A stretch of 53,303 bases of DNA. Source: a virus. Lineage: Duplodnaviria > Caudoviricetes. The stretch covers positions 1 to 53,303 of the IMG/VR virus record IMGVR_UViG_3300030104_000911; one strand, 5' to 3'. The position numbers and the translations under genes are program-made. Below, piece by piece: positions 37,068-46,042 of this stretch. The notes below the pieces were generated by a model. The model ran no database searches, was not told the DNA's origin, and saw only the letters and a list, made by a program, of their open reading frames with translations. Position 1 is the stretch's first letter, and every line of letters starts with the position of its first letter.

Positions 37068-37753
37068 TGATTTTCCTCCGACTTATTGTTAATTGTAAAA
37101 CCTACTTCTTTAGTGAATCCATATTCTTCTGCAGAACTAAGCTTTGGTTTATTTGCTACAACAAGTTGTCCTATCACTTTACTTACGATTTCGGTTCCGA
37201 TAATCGAATCGACATAAGCTTGAACATCTATTGGTACAAGACCACCAAACTTAAACTCAAGTTTAGGAAAGTCTACTCCTGTATCAAAACACAATGTGGT
37301 CTTACTAATCTCAGGTGCAATACCTCTCATAGACAATGTCTTTTGATATGCGTTCAAACTTTTTAGTGATGAAGGCGTTACTTGTAGTAAGTAAATTTCT
37401 TCATGTGGTTGATTTGCAAAAATAATAGCAAGTCTTTTAATATCAGAACACGCTTTTATTTTGTGCCCTTGTGGTGTAATTCTAGAGCCCCAAGAATTTT
37501 GAGGACATAATGCACACACGTCACATTGAAGTGAGACACTATCTACACTAGGTGTTACACCATCTAACGAATAGCAATCAGGTGTATACGATTCTCTATC
37601 AAAAGAAAACTCTCCTTCATAATATTGTTTAGATAAGTTTGGACTCGCACCCACAATTATTACATCTAAACTTGTCTCATCAAGTGTCCTTATTTTATCT
37701 TGAGACACAACATGAAACTTAGAATCTCTGATTGATAATCTTGAGTTAATCAT
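37064..37753 (-). CDS. Cys-containing putative ssDNA-binding/annealing protein
   Basis: PDCYSLDG.TP...QCDVCALCPQNSWGS...KACS..KRLA...PKLEF; position in replication cluster. Confidence 0.55.
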   Translation of the reverse strand: MINSRLSIRDSKFHVVSQDKIRTLDETSLDVIIVGASPNLSKQYYEGEFSFDRESYTPDCYSLDGVTPSVDSVSLQCDVCALCPQNSWGSRITPQGHKIKACSDIKRLAIIFANQPHEEIYLLQVTPSSLKSLNAYQKTLSMRGIAPEISKTTLCFDTGVDFPKLEFKFGGLVPIDVQAYVDSIIGTEIVSKVIGQLVVANKPKLSSAEEYGFTKEVGFTINNKSEENQ

Positions 37754-38158
37754 TTAGTCTTCTGCTTTTACAGAGGGTTTCCTAACATTAACATCAATAC
37801 GTGTACCATAATTTACACCTGATGGTACAGATTTATTGGCCTCTATATAACCACGTACTGCTGTTTTACTAACTCGTTTTTCAAGCAAATCATATGCGTC
37901 ATTGTCCTTTATAAAACCTAGTGTTGCGTCCCAATCTTCTACTCTTGCAAAATCAGTAGTCGTTAGGAATGCTGTACCACTAGATGTTTTAAAAGAATCA
38001 ACACCATCTTTATCTGCTTTTTCTTTTAGCCAAGCTTCTAACTTAGCCATGTTCTCTTTTATAATTTTAACTTTAGCTTTAGTATCAGATTCGAGAGATT
38101 CTTTCTCGTTTCTATAACCTATATACTTAGCTACTACTTTATCTACAGTTACACTCAT
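37754..38158 (-). CDS. Phage replication-cluster protein
   Basis: N-terminal coil; SFKTSSGTA...DWD...LLEKRVS...VPSGV. Confidence 0.65.
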   Translation of the reverse strand: MSVTVDKVVAKYIGYRNEKESLESDTKAKVKIIKENMAKLEAWLKEKADKDGVDSFKTSSGTAFLTTTDFARVEDWDATLGFIKDNDAYDLLEKRVSKTAVRGYIEANKSVPSGVNYGTRIDVNVRKPSVKAED

Positions 38159-39708
38159 TCGTCTGTTCCCTCCTTAATAAGGTCTAGTAATAAACCCTGT
38201 AATTTTTGTTTGTTCTTTAGCCTTTCAAACATTTTATGTTCAAGGTCAGTAGCCTCTATATGTATTATGTTTGATACGTGCTTTTTTCCTATCCTTTCTA
38301 TCCTCCCATTTGCTTGAACATACTGTTCATTACTAGTCACTGGCCCATACCAAATAATAGTACTAGCAGAGGTTAGTGTTAGACCATGAGCCATAGTAGC
38401 AGGATGGGCTACCAAGACATGTGGGTCAGTTGTGTGTTGGAAGTTATGGAATATAAAATTTCTTTTACTAGCAGAAACTTCACCATTGACTACCCCCACA
38501 CTCCATTGTTTAGAGAGTATTTTCTCTAACATCTTTAATGTTCCTGTTAGTGGAACAAATACTATTACTTTACCACCTACTTCTTCTATAACTTCTTTAA
38601 CTAAGTTAACTCTAGGTGCACAATCTAATTCTATATGTCTACTGTTGTCGCCATATACAACACCACAACTTATTTGTATGAGTTTTTGTAGCTTAACTGC
38701 TTCATTAACTGCTGTTATTGTCCCTTCTTGTACCAACTCGGTGACATAATGCTTTAGCATTTTATCATAATGGTCTCTTTGTTCTTTAGTAAGAGCCACT
38801 TTTCTAGTTTGAAATACGGTATCAGGCAAATCAAAACACTCATCTCTAGTGTATCGAACAGCGGGATATAATACTTCTTTAACAATCTCTATGGATTCAG
38901 GTCTTGGCACCCACTTCCATTGCCCTATTTTCATCATTACAGAATCTCTAAATGCTGTAAAAGTTTTTGGATTAAATGGGCTATCTACTAATCTAGCTAA
39001 TGCCCATGCGTCTGTTGGGTCGTTAGGTGTAGGTGTGCCTGTCATCATCCATAATTTAGTATCAGGATATTTATTTAAATACTTTCTAACTACCTTAAAC
39101 CTGTTGGTAGATGGGTTACGTAGCACGGCTGCTTCATCAATTATGATTAAATCAAACATGCCTTTTACTTCTTCAGATATAATAGAGAAACCATCATGGT
39201 TTATAATATAAAAATCAGCGTTGCTGTTTAATAGCTTTAACCTTCTGCTACTTGCACCATGCAATGTAACGGCTTGTCTGTGTGGAAACCCCATAAAAAT
39301 ACTGTCGCCCCACACTCTTTCAAGAGTTGATAAAGGCGATATAATCAAAACCTTTTTAATATAACCTGCCAACATAAGATAGTCACATGCCCACAGAGCT
39401 GATTGTGTTTTGCCTGTACCTATTTCATTAAGCACCAACGCCTTGTCGTGCATGGTAAGAAAAGCTGATGTCATCTTTTGATGTTTGTAGGGTGTAAACT
39501 GCCCACTCCAACTGTAATAATGAAGTATTGGTGATGGCACTTTGAATCCTAATGCACGTAAACGGTGAGAAGCAGGAATTGTATGTGGTGTGACAACAAG
39601 TTGTTGGTTGTTAAACGTTAGTTGCCTGGCTTCTGGTATAACGTCTAACACTCTGTTTGGGTTATTTAAATTCAATGCTATTGCTTTTGCTTTTTCTACT
39701 ACTATCAT
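38155..39708 (-). CDS. SNF2-family helicase
   Basis: EIGTGKT, IIDEAA, MTGTP, HGLTLT, QANGRIER. Confidence 0.9.
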   Translation of the reverse strand: MIVVEKAKAIALNLNNPNRVLDVIPEARQLTFNNQQLVVTPHTIPASHRLRALGFKVPSPILHYYSWSGQFTPYKHQKMTSAFLTMHDKALVLNEIGTGKTQSALWACDYLMLAGYIKKVLIISPLSTLERVWGDSIFMGFPHRQAVTLHGASSRRLKLLNSNADFYIINHDGFSIISEEVKGMFDLIIIDEAAVLRNPSTNRFKVVRKYLNKYPDTKLWMMTGTPTPNDPTDAWALARLVDSPFNPKTFTAFRDSVMMKIGQWKWVPRPESIEIVKEVLYPAVRYTRDECFDLPDTVFQTRKVALTKEQRDHYDKMLKHYVTELVQEGTITAVNEAVKLQKLIQISCGVVYGDNSRHIELDCAPRVNLVKEVIEEVGGKVIVFVPLTGTLKMLEKILSKQWSVGVVNGEVSASKRNFIFHNFQHTTDPHVLVAHPATMAHGLTLTSASTIIWYGPVTSNEQYVQANGRIERIGKKHVSNIIHIEATDLEHKMFERLKNKQKLQGLLLDLIKEGTDE

Positions 39709-40010
39709 ATAATTCTTTCTATATATAACTTGACTTGATTAATTGTTTCGTTATCGTACACTACAAAACAAACACCCCCTGCTTGTGATATCTTTTCCAT
39801 ACATTGAAGTTGTAAGGCGGTGGGTTTCTTAGTCCTATCCGCCTTACACTCTACTCCGATAAACTTCCCATTTACACAGAGTATTTTGTCAGGTATCCCT
39901 GATTTACCAAAGATTCCTGACTGTGGATTAAAATACCACACGTCCTTGTTGTAAGACTTTAACATCTTGTCAAGTTTTAATTTGATTTTGCCTTCGGGTG
40001 TTACTACCAT
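39705..40010 (-). CDS. VRR-NUC nuclease/resolvase
   Basis: TPEGKIK...SGIPD...FIGVECK...PTALQ. Confidence 0.85.
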   Translation of the reverse strand: MVVTPEGKIKLKLDKMLKSYNKDVWYFNPQSGIFGKSGIPDKILCVNGKFIGVECKADRTKKPTALQLQCMEKISQAGGVCFVVYDNETINQVKLYIERII

Positions 40011-40016
40011 TATGTA

Positions 40017-40044
40017 AGTATACTTAGGTATACATTACTGTCAA
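40017..40044 (-). promoter_or_regulatory. Sigma70-type promoter, probably leaderless
   Basis: TTGACA-16 nt-TATACT, then 6 nt to ATG 40010; no SD. Confidence 0.7.
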
Positions 40045-40047
40045 GTA

Positions 40048-40713
40048 TTATATCTGTGCATATTCACAGATGTGTTGTGCTGGGCACCACCTACATAATC
40101 CACTAGGCCGTGCTGGAAAGTTATTAGTTTTACACGATTGATTAATTCTTTCTATTCTATTTAATATGTTCTGCCACATTACACTTGTATCTTTAGTAGT
40201 ATAAGTTTCGGTATCAGTTTTATTTTCTTTTAACCATACAAAAGTAGACTTAACCTTTTTAATATTGGGATAGTGTTTAAATACTTGTAATGCAAATAAT
40301 TCTAGTTGCATGAAATCGGGTCTACGTTTACCTGTTTTCCAATCTATTACTATAGCCTTGTCTCCTTTAATAATAAGCACATCTAAAATAGACCTGAGCC
40401 ATGCGTCGTTATCGTACCAACCTGTTGGTGTAAGGTTTTCATTAAGGCATAGCTGTTGTTCTGCAAGAAGTGTTGCATGTTGGGTAAGTTGTTGTAAGGT
40501 TTGACAAACTTGTTCGTGTTTGCTTGTCTCTTGTGGTAGGGCCTGCCCATGAAGTAATCTATTCTCCAAGTCCTTGTGTATTCTTTGTCCATATATTGTT
40601 GCGTCACTACCTGTATCTACGACCTCTTTATTAATACGTTGATACAGGTATCGCTTTGGACAATTCTCATACATCTTTATAGATGAATAACTATGAGTTA
40701 ATTTTGATTTCAT
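40048..40713 (-). CDS. Cas4-like PD-(D/E)xK exonuclease
   Basis: SYSSI..YENCP; LD...IDWKTG; QLELFA; CRWCP...C (four-Cys Fe-S staple). Confidence 0.85.
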   Translation of the reverse strand: MKSKLTHSYSSIKMYENCPKRYLYQRINKEVVDTGSDATIYGQRIHKDLENRLLHGQALPQETSKHEQVCQTLQQLTQHATLLAEQQLCLNENLTPTGWYDNDAWLRSILDVLIIKGDKAIVIDWKTGKRRPDFMQLELFALQVFKHYPNIKKVKSTFVWLKENKTDTETYTTKDTSVMWQNILNRIERINQSCKTNNFPARPSGLCRWCPAQHICEYAQI

Positions 40714-40967
40714 TTAGCTTGTGTCATTCTATTTAATAAGTCATGTTTTAATAGTTCAAGTTGTGCTATATCTTCCATAACATTATCTGTACCTGTTGAG
40801 TATCTAAGGTACTGTCCATCTAATTTTAACAATATAAAAGAAGAATCTAAATTTTTTCCCTCAGAAATTTTCTTTTCGATACTATTTAATAGTTCGATAG
40901 CAAAATCTTTTTTAGATTTTCCCTCCGATTTTATTTCTTTTCCATCTGTTCCTATTATGTCTGTCAT
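40710..40967 (-). CDS. Hypothetical protein
   Basis: ATGA overlaps on both sides; SD GGAGAGG. Confidence 0.65.
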   Translation of the reverse strand: MTDIIGTDGKEIKSEGKSKKDFAIELLNSIEKKISEGKNLDSSFILLKLDGQYLRYSTGTDNVMEDIAQLELLKHDLLNRMTQAK

Positions 40968-42835
40968 TTTGCCTCTCCATAATTAAAGCCAACCCCACTC
41001 TCACAGGCTACAGGTAATCCCTGTGCCCACCTGGGCGACGTTGACATGATTGTCTCAATGTGTTGTTGTGTGTCCGACTTGTTTTTTTGCATCTGGCAAA
41101 CGATTATTTCATCATGTACTTGAAATAAGACTTGGTAATACTTACCTATCTCAATCATTTGTTCTGATACTACTATCCTAGCCAACGCTTGAACAACATT
41201 CTCTGTTACTTTACCACCATAGATTTTAGTCCAATCTTTATCTTCTAAACTTCCTGTAGTCATTAACTTCCTGTAAGTTCTAGCATTAGATATGTACTTA
41301 AATCCCTCTGATGTTCTTCGCAATTCGGGATATCTTATACGTAAACCATTTGGTAGTATAATACCCTCTGAATCGTACTTGCATATGCCATTTCCTATAG
41401 ACCCTATACCTTCATACACCATGGTTTCTAATACATGATTACAAGTTCCCCAAAAAGAAACTATGTTGTGGTTTTTCTGTCTATATAAATTGACAATTCT
41501 TTTTGCCTCATTCAAGTCTATGTCTACTGACATACCACCTTGACCCATAGCCAATGTGTTCTTAAATTTCTCTGCTCCCATACCATAACCTAGTCCTAGT
41601 ATGCAAGTCTTTCCTACAAATCTTTCTAGCTTATCTTCTTTTGTAATATTTCTGTCATATATCTCACTAGCAAATTCACTGTAAACATCTCTACCCTCTC
41701 TAAATGCTTGTACTAAATCTTCTTGCCCACTTATATATGCAACCATTCGTGCCTCAATCTGTGATGAATCACATGCTATCAATACCTTATCTTTAGGTGC
41801 TACTAAAGATTTTCTTAAAGCCCCATTACGAGGTAAGTTCTGTAAATTAAGTTTATCTCCACCACTAAACCTACCTGTATGTGCCCCATAATAATTTAAC
41901 ATAATAGGTAATGTACCTCTGTTTGCTACCTCTATAAGATTTTCAGTTCTTGTCTCCTCTATAGTAGACTTAACACCTAGCCTTGCTGAAACGAGTTGTT
42001 GTATAATAGGATTGGGGTGTTGTTGCAAACTTACAAACTCTTTATCAGTCTTAGCAAAGGCATAAGTTTCTTTACCTGTCGTAGCTGATATCTTTAAAGG
42101 TGGTGTGACACCTAACTTTATAAGTAGCTTGGCAAAAATTTGATTTGACATAAGGGCTTTTTTAACCTGTTCGTTTGACAGTCCTTTCTTTCCAGGGTAT
42201 TTTGTAGATAACGTGTCAAGGAGTTGTTGTTTGTTGTGCTTGATTGAGCTCAGGTGATTTGCTAACAGTTCTTTGTTTAGTTCAACAGTAGGATTAATAA
42301 ACATTCGTAAGGTTTGGTCAATGACCATAAGTTCTGATAAAGGGAAACCTTTTGATAATTTTTTAAATAGTTTGTAGGTAAGTTCAACATCATTGATACA
42401 ATACTTAGAATACATATCAAGTTCTTGTGGTGTAAAGTCTGCTTTGTGTTTACCCAAAGCATTAAGTACTTCAGTACCCTTTGCCCCAAGTTTGTAGTGT
42501 TTTGCTAAAGCACTTAATGAACAACCTGTTGTCAAGTTATGCTTGGGTCTAGCCATAGACATAGTATCAAACCAAAACTTAGGCTCTTTGCTACACTTCC
42601 ACCGAAATATAGACCCGTCAAAAATTGTATTATGTGCTAACACACAATAACTCGTTGGTAGGTCATTGAACGCCTCATCCATATTTTCATACCAACATGT
42701 CTTACCATCATTAATTTTAATAGCTACACCGATAACCTCAAACCTTTTGTCTCTAAGGTATGCCTCGGTTGTCATTTTAGATAAGGAGTATTCCCTATCA
42801 TAATAGGTTTCAAAGTCTATAGTTACTATATCCAT
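40964..42835 (-). CDS. polA: Family A DNA polymerase with 3'-5' exonuclease
   Basis: DFETY, AHN..FD, YCIND exonuclease motifs; TGRFS..NLQNLP; DSSQIEAR; RFVGKTCILGLGYG; VHDE. Confidence 0.95.
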   Translation of the reverse strand: MDIVTIDFETYYDREYSLSKMTTEAYLRDKRFEVIGVAIKINDGKTCWYENMDEAFNDLPTSYCVLAHNTIFDGSIFRWKCSKEPKFWFDTMSMARPKHNLTTGCSLSALAKHYKLGAKGTEVLNALGKHKADFTPQELDMYSKYCINDVELTYKLFKKLSKGFPLSELMVIDQTLRMFINPTVELNKELLANHLSSIKHNKQQLLDTLSTKYPGKKGLSNEQVKKALMSNQIFAKLLIKLGVTPPLKISATTGKETYAFAKTDKEFVSLQQHPNPIIQQLVSARLGVKSTIEETRTENLIEVANRGTLPIMLNYYGAHTGRFSGGDKLNLQNLPRNGALRKSLVAPKDKVLIACDSSQIEARMVAYISGQEDLVQAFREGRDVYSEFASEIYDRNITKEDKLERFVGKTCILGLGYGMGAEKFKNTLAMGQGGMSVDIDLNEAKRIVNLYRQKNHNIVSFWGTCNHVLETMVYEGIGSIGNGICKYDSEGIILPNGLRIRYPELRRTSEGFKYISNARTYRKLMTTGSLEDKDWTKIYGGKVTENVVQALARIVVSEQMIEIGKYYQVLFQVHDEIIVCQMQKNKSDTQQHIETIMSTSPRWAQGLPVACESGVGFNYGEAK

Positions 42836-43038
42836 TACTCATTCTCTTTTATTAGTTTATTAAGATAAGCCTGTGCCTTCTTTAAATCCTCAAATCCCCC
42901 CTTCTTCTTCCACCGAACAACATACTTAATAATATTACCCTCTAAAAAATCTAATTTCTTATCAACAATAAAATCCCAAACTTGTATCTTGCCTTGTGTA
43001 TAATGAATTGGGTTATCTATATTATCTTTTTTCTTCAT
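42835..43038 (-). CDS. DUF3310 (T7 gp1.7-related) protein
   Basis: NPIHY...GNIIKYVVRWKKKGG.EDLKKA..YL. Confidence 0.85.
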   Translation of the reverse strand: MKKKDNIDNPIHYTQGKIQVWDFIVDKKLDFLEGNIIKYVVRWKKKGGFEDLKKAQAYLNKLIKENE

Positions 43039-43514
43039 GACAAGTTCTCTACTTTACTTTTATGTAAACTATATATTGCCACCCCTTTTCCACAATGTAA
43101 AGAATGCTCATTAGTAACACCTACTGCCTCACTTGAAGTAGCCCCCATACTCAATGCCCCATACGAAAACTCTTTACCATCTCCGAATGCACATGGCACA
43201 AAACCATGTACTGTTGGATAAGGAGAATCATCATAAACAATCAACCCTTTGTCTTTATCTACGACAACAAGTTGTTGTGTGGTAATCCTAGTTGCAGAAT
43301 CTTTTAGCCCGTAAGGATATTCATTAGGTACTGCCCCATTAATAAACCACTCTCTTAAAGAGACAATGTATTTGAGGTATCCTACTCCCGATACTATGTA
43401 AGGTTTATCATCTCTCATTACATACCATGCTTTGTCTGTCTCCCATTTAAGTGAGCCATCACTAGCCTGTCTGTCTGTGGCTAAAGTTTCGCCGTCCCAT
43501 ACTACTACTGTCAT
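43035..43514 (-). CDS. Ntn-hydrolase (HslV/proteasome beta-like) peptidase
   Basis: N-terminal M-T-VVVWDG..LATDRQ; AFGDG..FSYGALSMGA...EAV. Confidence 0.65.
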   Translation of the reverse strand: MTVVVWDGETLATDRQASDGSLKWETDKAWYVMRDDKPYIVSGVGYLKYIVSLREWFINGAVPNEYPYGLKDSATRITTQQLVVVDKDKGLIVYDDSPYPTVHGFVPCAFGDGKEFSYGALSMGATSSEAVGVTNEHSLHCGKGVAIYSLHKSKVENLS

Positions 43515-43681
43515 TTGTTTTCCTCCTCATACAATTTCTCTACTTCAGATACACACTCTCCACATCTATAACCCTCTTTATCATCATTGTAAGCTGGGTA
43601 TCTGTTTACAAAACGACCACTTCCAAAATGACAAGGTTTACCACAATCAATACATATTTGTTTATCGAATAAATCAATCAC
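43511..43681 (-). CDS. 56-aa zinc-finger protein (not in ORF track)
   Basis: GTG start with SD GAGG; CIDC...FGSGRFVNRYPA...CGEC; ATGA overlap with 43514. Confidence 0.7.
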   Translation of the reverse strand: MIDLFDKQICIDCGKPCHFGSGRFVNRYPAYNDDKEGYRCGECVSEVEKLYEEENK

Positions 43682-43883
43682 TATAATGTACCTCTCTAAT
43701 TGAATCTATTAAATAAAAGTCTATAATGCCAGCATTAGATATTTTATGCCCTTTGCTTTTTAAGTATACTTGTACACTATCTGTTTCTGTATCTGTAAAA
43801 GGTATCTGTACCCCCCAATGAATTGTCACTTCTCTGTCTTCAACAACAGCTATGTTTACTGTGTCTATATTTTCATTACTCAT
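43674..43883 (-). CDS. Hypothetical early protein
   Basis: SD AGGAG within the junction motif. Confidence 0.65.
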   Translation of the reverse strand: MSNENIDTVNIAVVEDREVTIHWGVQIPFTDTETDSVQVYLKSKGHKISNAGIIDFYLIDSIREVHYSD

Positions 43884-43894
43884 TTGCTTTTCTC

Positions 43895-44173
43895 CTAGTA
43901 AACAACCTGAAACTTCTTCAGCGTTGTTAGTTCATCTTCTGTTATTTCTTTAACCCATTCGACCCATACTATTGCAATCGAATCAAGCCAATAACCTCTA
44001 TTGGTTTTATCATACTCATCATCAATTCTTTCATTACTAAAAAAATCTGATAGCACATGCCTTTCGTTTAACTTTCCATTTTTATAATCCTCCTTGCTTA
44101 CTGTTTGGTACCAACAATAATGCTCATACTCATACTCCCCACTTCGTTCTTTAATCTTTGCTAATATCATCAT
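43895..44173 (-). CDS. Hypothetical early protein
   Basis: 92-aa ORF tiling with its neighbours. Confidence 0.6.
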   Translation of the reverse strand: MMILAKIKERSGEYEYEHYCWYQTVSKEDYKNGKLNERHVLSDFFSNERIDDEYDKTNRGYWLDSIAIVWVEWVKEITEDELTTLKKFQVVY

Positions 44174-44417
44174 CTCTCTCCTTTATAATGTCGTCAATGT
44201 GAAAATCTAATGTGTCCCATGTAATACCATGATTAGCGTCATGTCTTCTTAAACATCTAGCTAACACCTCTTTACATTCATCTAAAGTTAGTTTTTCTTT
44301 TGGTATATCATCTGACAACCTGTTCATATTTCTCATGCGTACATGTTCCAAAACATCATCAGTACACCATTCAATACTTATTGTGTAATCATCTACCCAA
44401 CCGTCTTTATTACTCAT
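44151..44417 (-). CDS. Hypothetical early protein
   Basis: SD AGGAG; W..DDV...HDANHGITWD. Confidence 0.65.
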   Translation of the reverse strand: MSNKDGWVDDYTISIEWCTDDVLEHVRMRNMNRLSDDIPKEKLTLDECKEVLARCLRRHDANHGITWDTLDFHIDDIIKERDDDISKD

Positions 44418-44755
44418 TTGTTTTTCTCCTTATTAAATTTTGTTAGATAATAATATTTTGTTTTCTTAGTAGCTAATATATCTTTTACATCACTTTGCAT
44501 AAACTCTAGCATTGTGTCTGTTAGTATTCTCATAGGTACATCTTTATACTTATGTCCCTCTTTTAGCTTTACGTTTACTATACACCCACCATCATACTTG
44601 CTACCTAAAGTTCTAAACTCTTCTATATCAGATAGCTTTATGTGTAAATGTTCGCCTATTTTTCCTGTTAAAGTATTGGATACTACTTCTATCATTTCTT
44701 CTCTACTCATTTGTTTTCCTCTTGCCTCATTCAAGTCTATGTCTACAATCATCAT
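44414..44755 (-). CDS. Hypothetical early protein (start 44755 or 44710)
   Basis: Both candidate ATGs have SD sites. Confidence 0.6.
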   Translation of the reverse strand: MMIVDIDLNEARGKQMSREEMIEVVSNTLTGKIGEHLHIKLSDIEEFRTLGSKYDGGCIVNVKLKEGHKYKDVPMRILTDTMLEFMQSDVKDILATKKTKYYYLTKFNKEKNK

Positions 44756-44876
44756 CTTCCTCCTCTAATATTTCTACTTCAAAATCACTCAAACAATCTG
44801 TTGCTACCTCAATAGCATTTTCTATATAGTCATCATCATCTTTTACTTCAACATCTTTATATACTCTTACTCTCAT
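44727..44876 (-). CDS. 49-aa very acidic protein (not in ORF track)
   Basis: SD GAGGAG; MRVRVYKDVEVKDDDDYIENAIEVATDCLSDFEVEILEEEDDDCRHRLE. Confidence 0.6.
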   Translation of the reverse strand: MRVRVYKDVEVKDDDDYIENAIEVATDCLSDFEVEILEEEDDDCRHRLE

Positions 44877-46042
44877 TTGTTTTTCTCCTCTAATACTCCT
44901 TTAAATGCGTTGTGTACTTGTTTTATACCCATTGGCAACGAGTTGTAATGTCCTTGTCTTTTACTAAATTTATGTAACTCACCTCCCTGTTTTATAGTAG
45001 CCTCTTTTTCTATCACTCCATAGTGTCTGCGTAAATGTATACTTAGTTGATTGAAGAAAGTGTTAATATCTTTATCTCTATCTATGTCATTTTGATTTCT
45101 CCAATTTCTGTGCCAACTGATACTATCTAGTGCTAAACATATAGGCATAAATATTTCAGAAGTCATAGTATTTTCATCTATGTGTTTTGCTAAAAACTTT
45201 ATGCTTTCAGGGGTGTCCCAACGAGTATCAATCAAGTCTATTATGTTATAGTTACTACTAGTATCTTTCCTTATAGCATAAATAGCCTCACTAATCCTAT
45301 CGTCATATTCCCCCAACAACTTGGCATGTGTCTCTACCATATCAATGAACTTACCTCTATCTACACTCTTTAATTTATCTAGGGTGGAATCAATAAGACC
45401 TAACCTTGCTCTTGTTCGTAACTGTTTCTTGAAAGCAGTTATCTTCTTTCTCCATACTTTCCGTTTATCTATGTTCTCTACACATCTTTGAGGCTCGTGG
45501 TCTGTGTTGGGATTTAGCAACTCTCCTGTCAACAAATTGTATTTTAGTCCGTCACAAACTACTTGACTTTGTCTCATGAATGCAGATATTTCATGCCAAT
45601 AATATTTATCTTTATCCCATGTTTTCTCAAGGTGTTTATATATATTAAGGTTGTGTGCAATTCTATAGATACCTGTCCTATGTCTTTCTATTGTAAAAGG
45701 TATCCACCTATTCAATGCTATTACATAAGTCCCTGAGCTACGCCATATATGACCTGTATCCATATGCACAGTAGCAATGTTATCTTTACTAACACTCATA
45801 AATTTATCCCCATTTACCCATATTTCAGGCTCTTCATTACTGTTAAGTTTTAATCTAAGCCATGTATTTATATACTTGCCTTTGCCATAAACATCTCGTG
45901 ACCTCAAAGCATAAGCATGTAGTTCTTTGTACTCAAACTTACCTAAGTCATGGTCAGGGATTTTATACCCTGACTCAGCACTACCCCAATCATCTGTGTT
46001 TATATAACTAACACCATTATTATGATTTGTGTACCATACCAT
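44873..46042 (-). CDS. Hypothetical protein, 389 aa
   Basis: Long ORF coupled to both neighbours; no recognised motif. Confidence 0.75.
   Translation of the reverse strand: MVWYTNHNNGVSYINTDDWGSAESGYKIPDHDLGKFEYKELHAYALRSRDVYGKGKYINTWLRLKLNSNEEPEIWVNGDKFMSVSKDNIATVHMDTGHIWRSSGTYVIALNRWIPFTIERHRTGIYRIAHNLNIYKHLEKTWDKDKYYWHEISAFMRQSQVVCDGLKYNLLTGELLNPNTDHEPQRCVENIDKRKVWRKKITAFKKQLRTRARLGLIDSTLDKLKSVDRGKFIDMVETHAKLLGEYDDRISEAIYAIRKDTSSNYNIIDLIDTRWDTPESIKFLAKHIDENTMTSEIFMPICLALDSISWHRNWRNQNDIDRDKDINTFFNQLSIHLRRHYGVIEKEATIKQGGELHKFSKRQGHYNSLPMGIKQVHNAFKGVLEEKNK

Noticed and set aside
39968-39982. 15-nt match TGTCAAGTTTTAATT with 52762-52776
   Set aside because: AT-rich 15-mers can recur by chance in 53 kb; this copy is inside a CDS and lacks a properly spaced -10
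40048-40713. Cas4-like gene as a sign of a CRISPR system
   Set aside because: No repeat-spacer array or other cas genes; standalone Cas4-like nucleases are routine in phage replication modules
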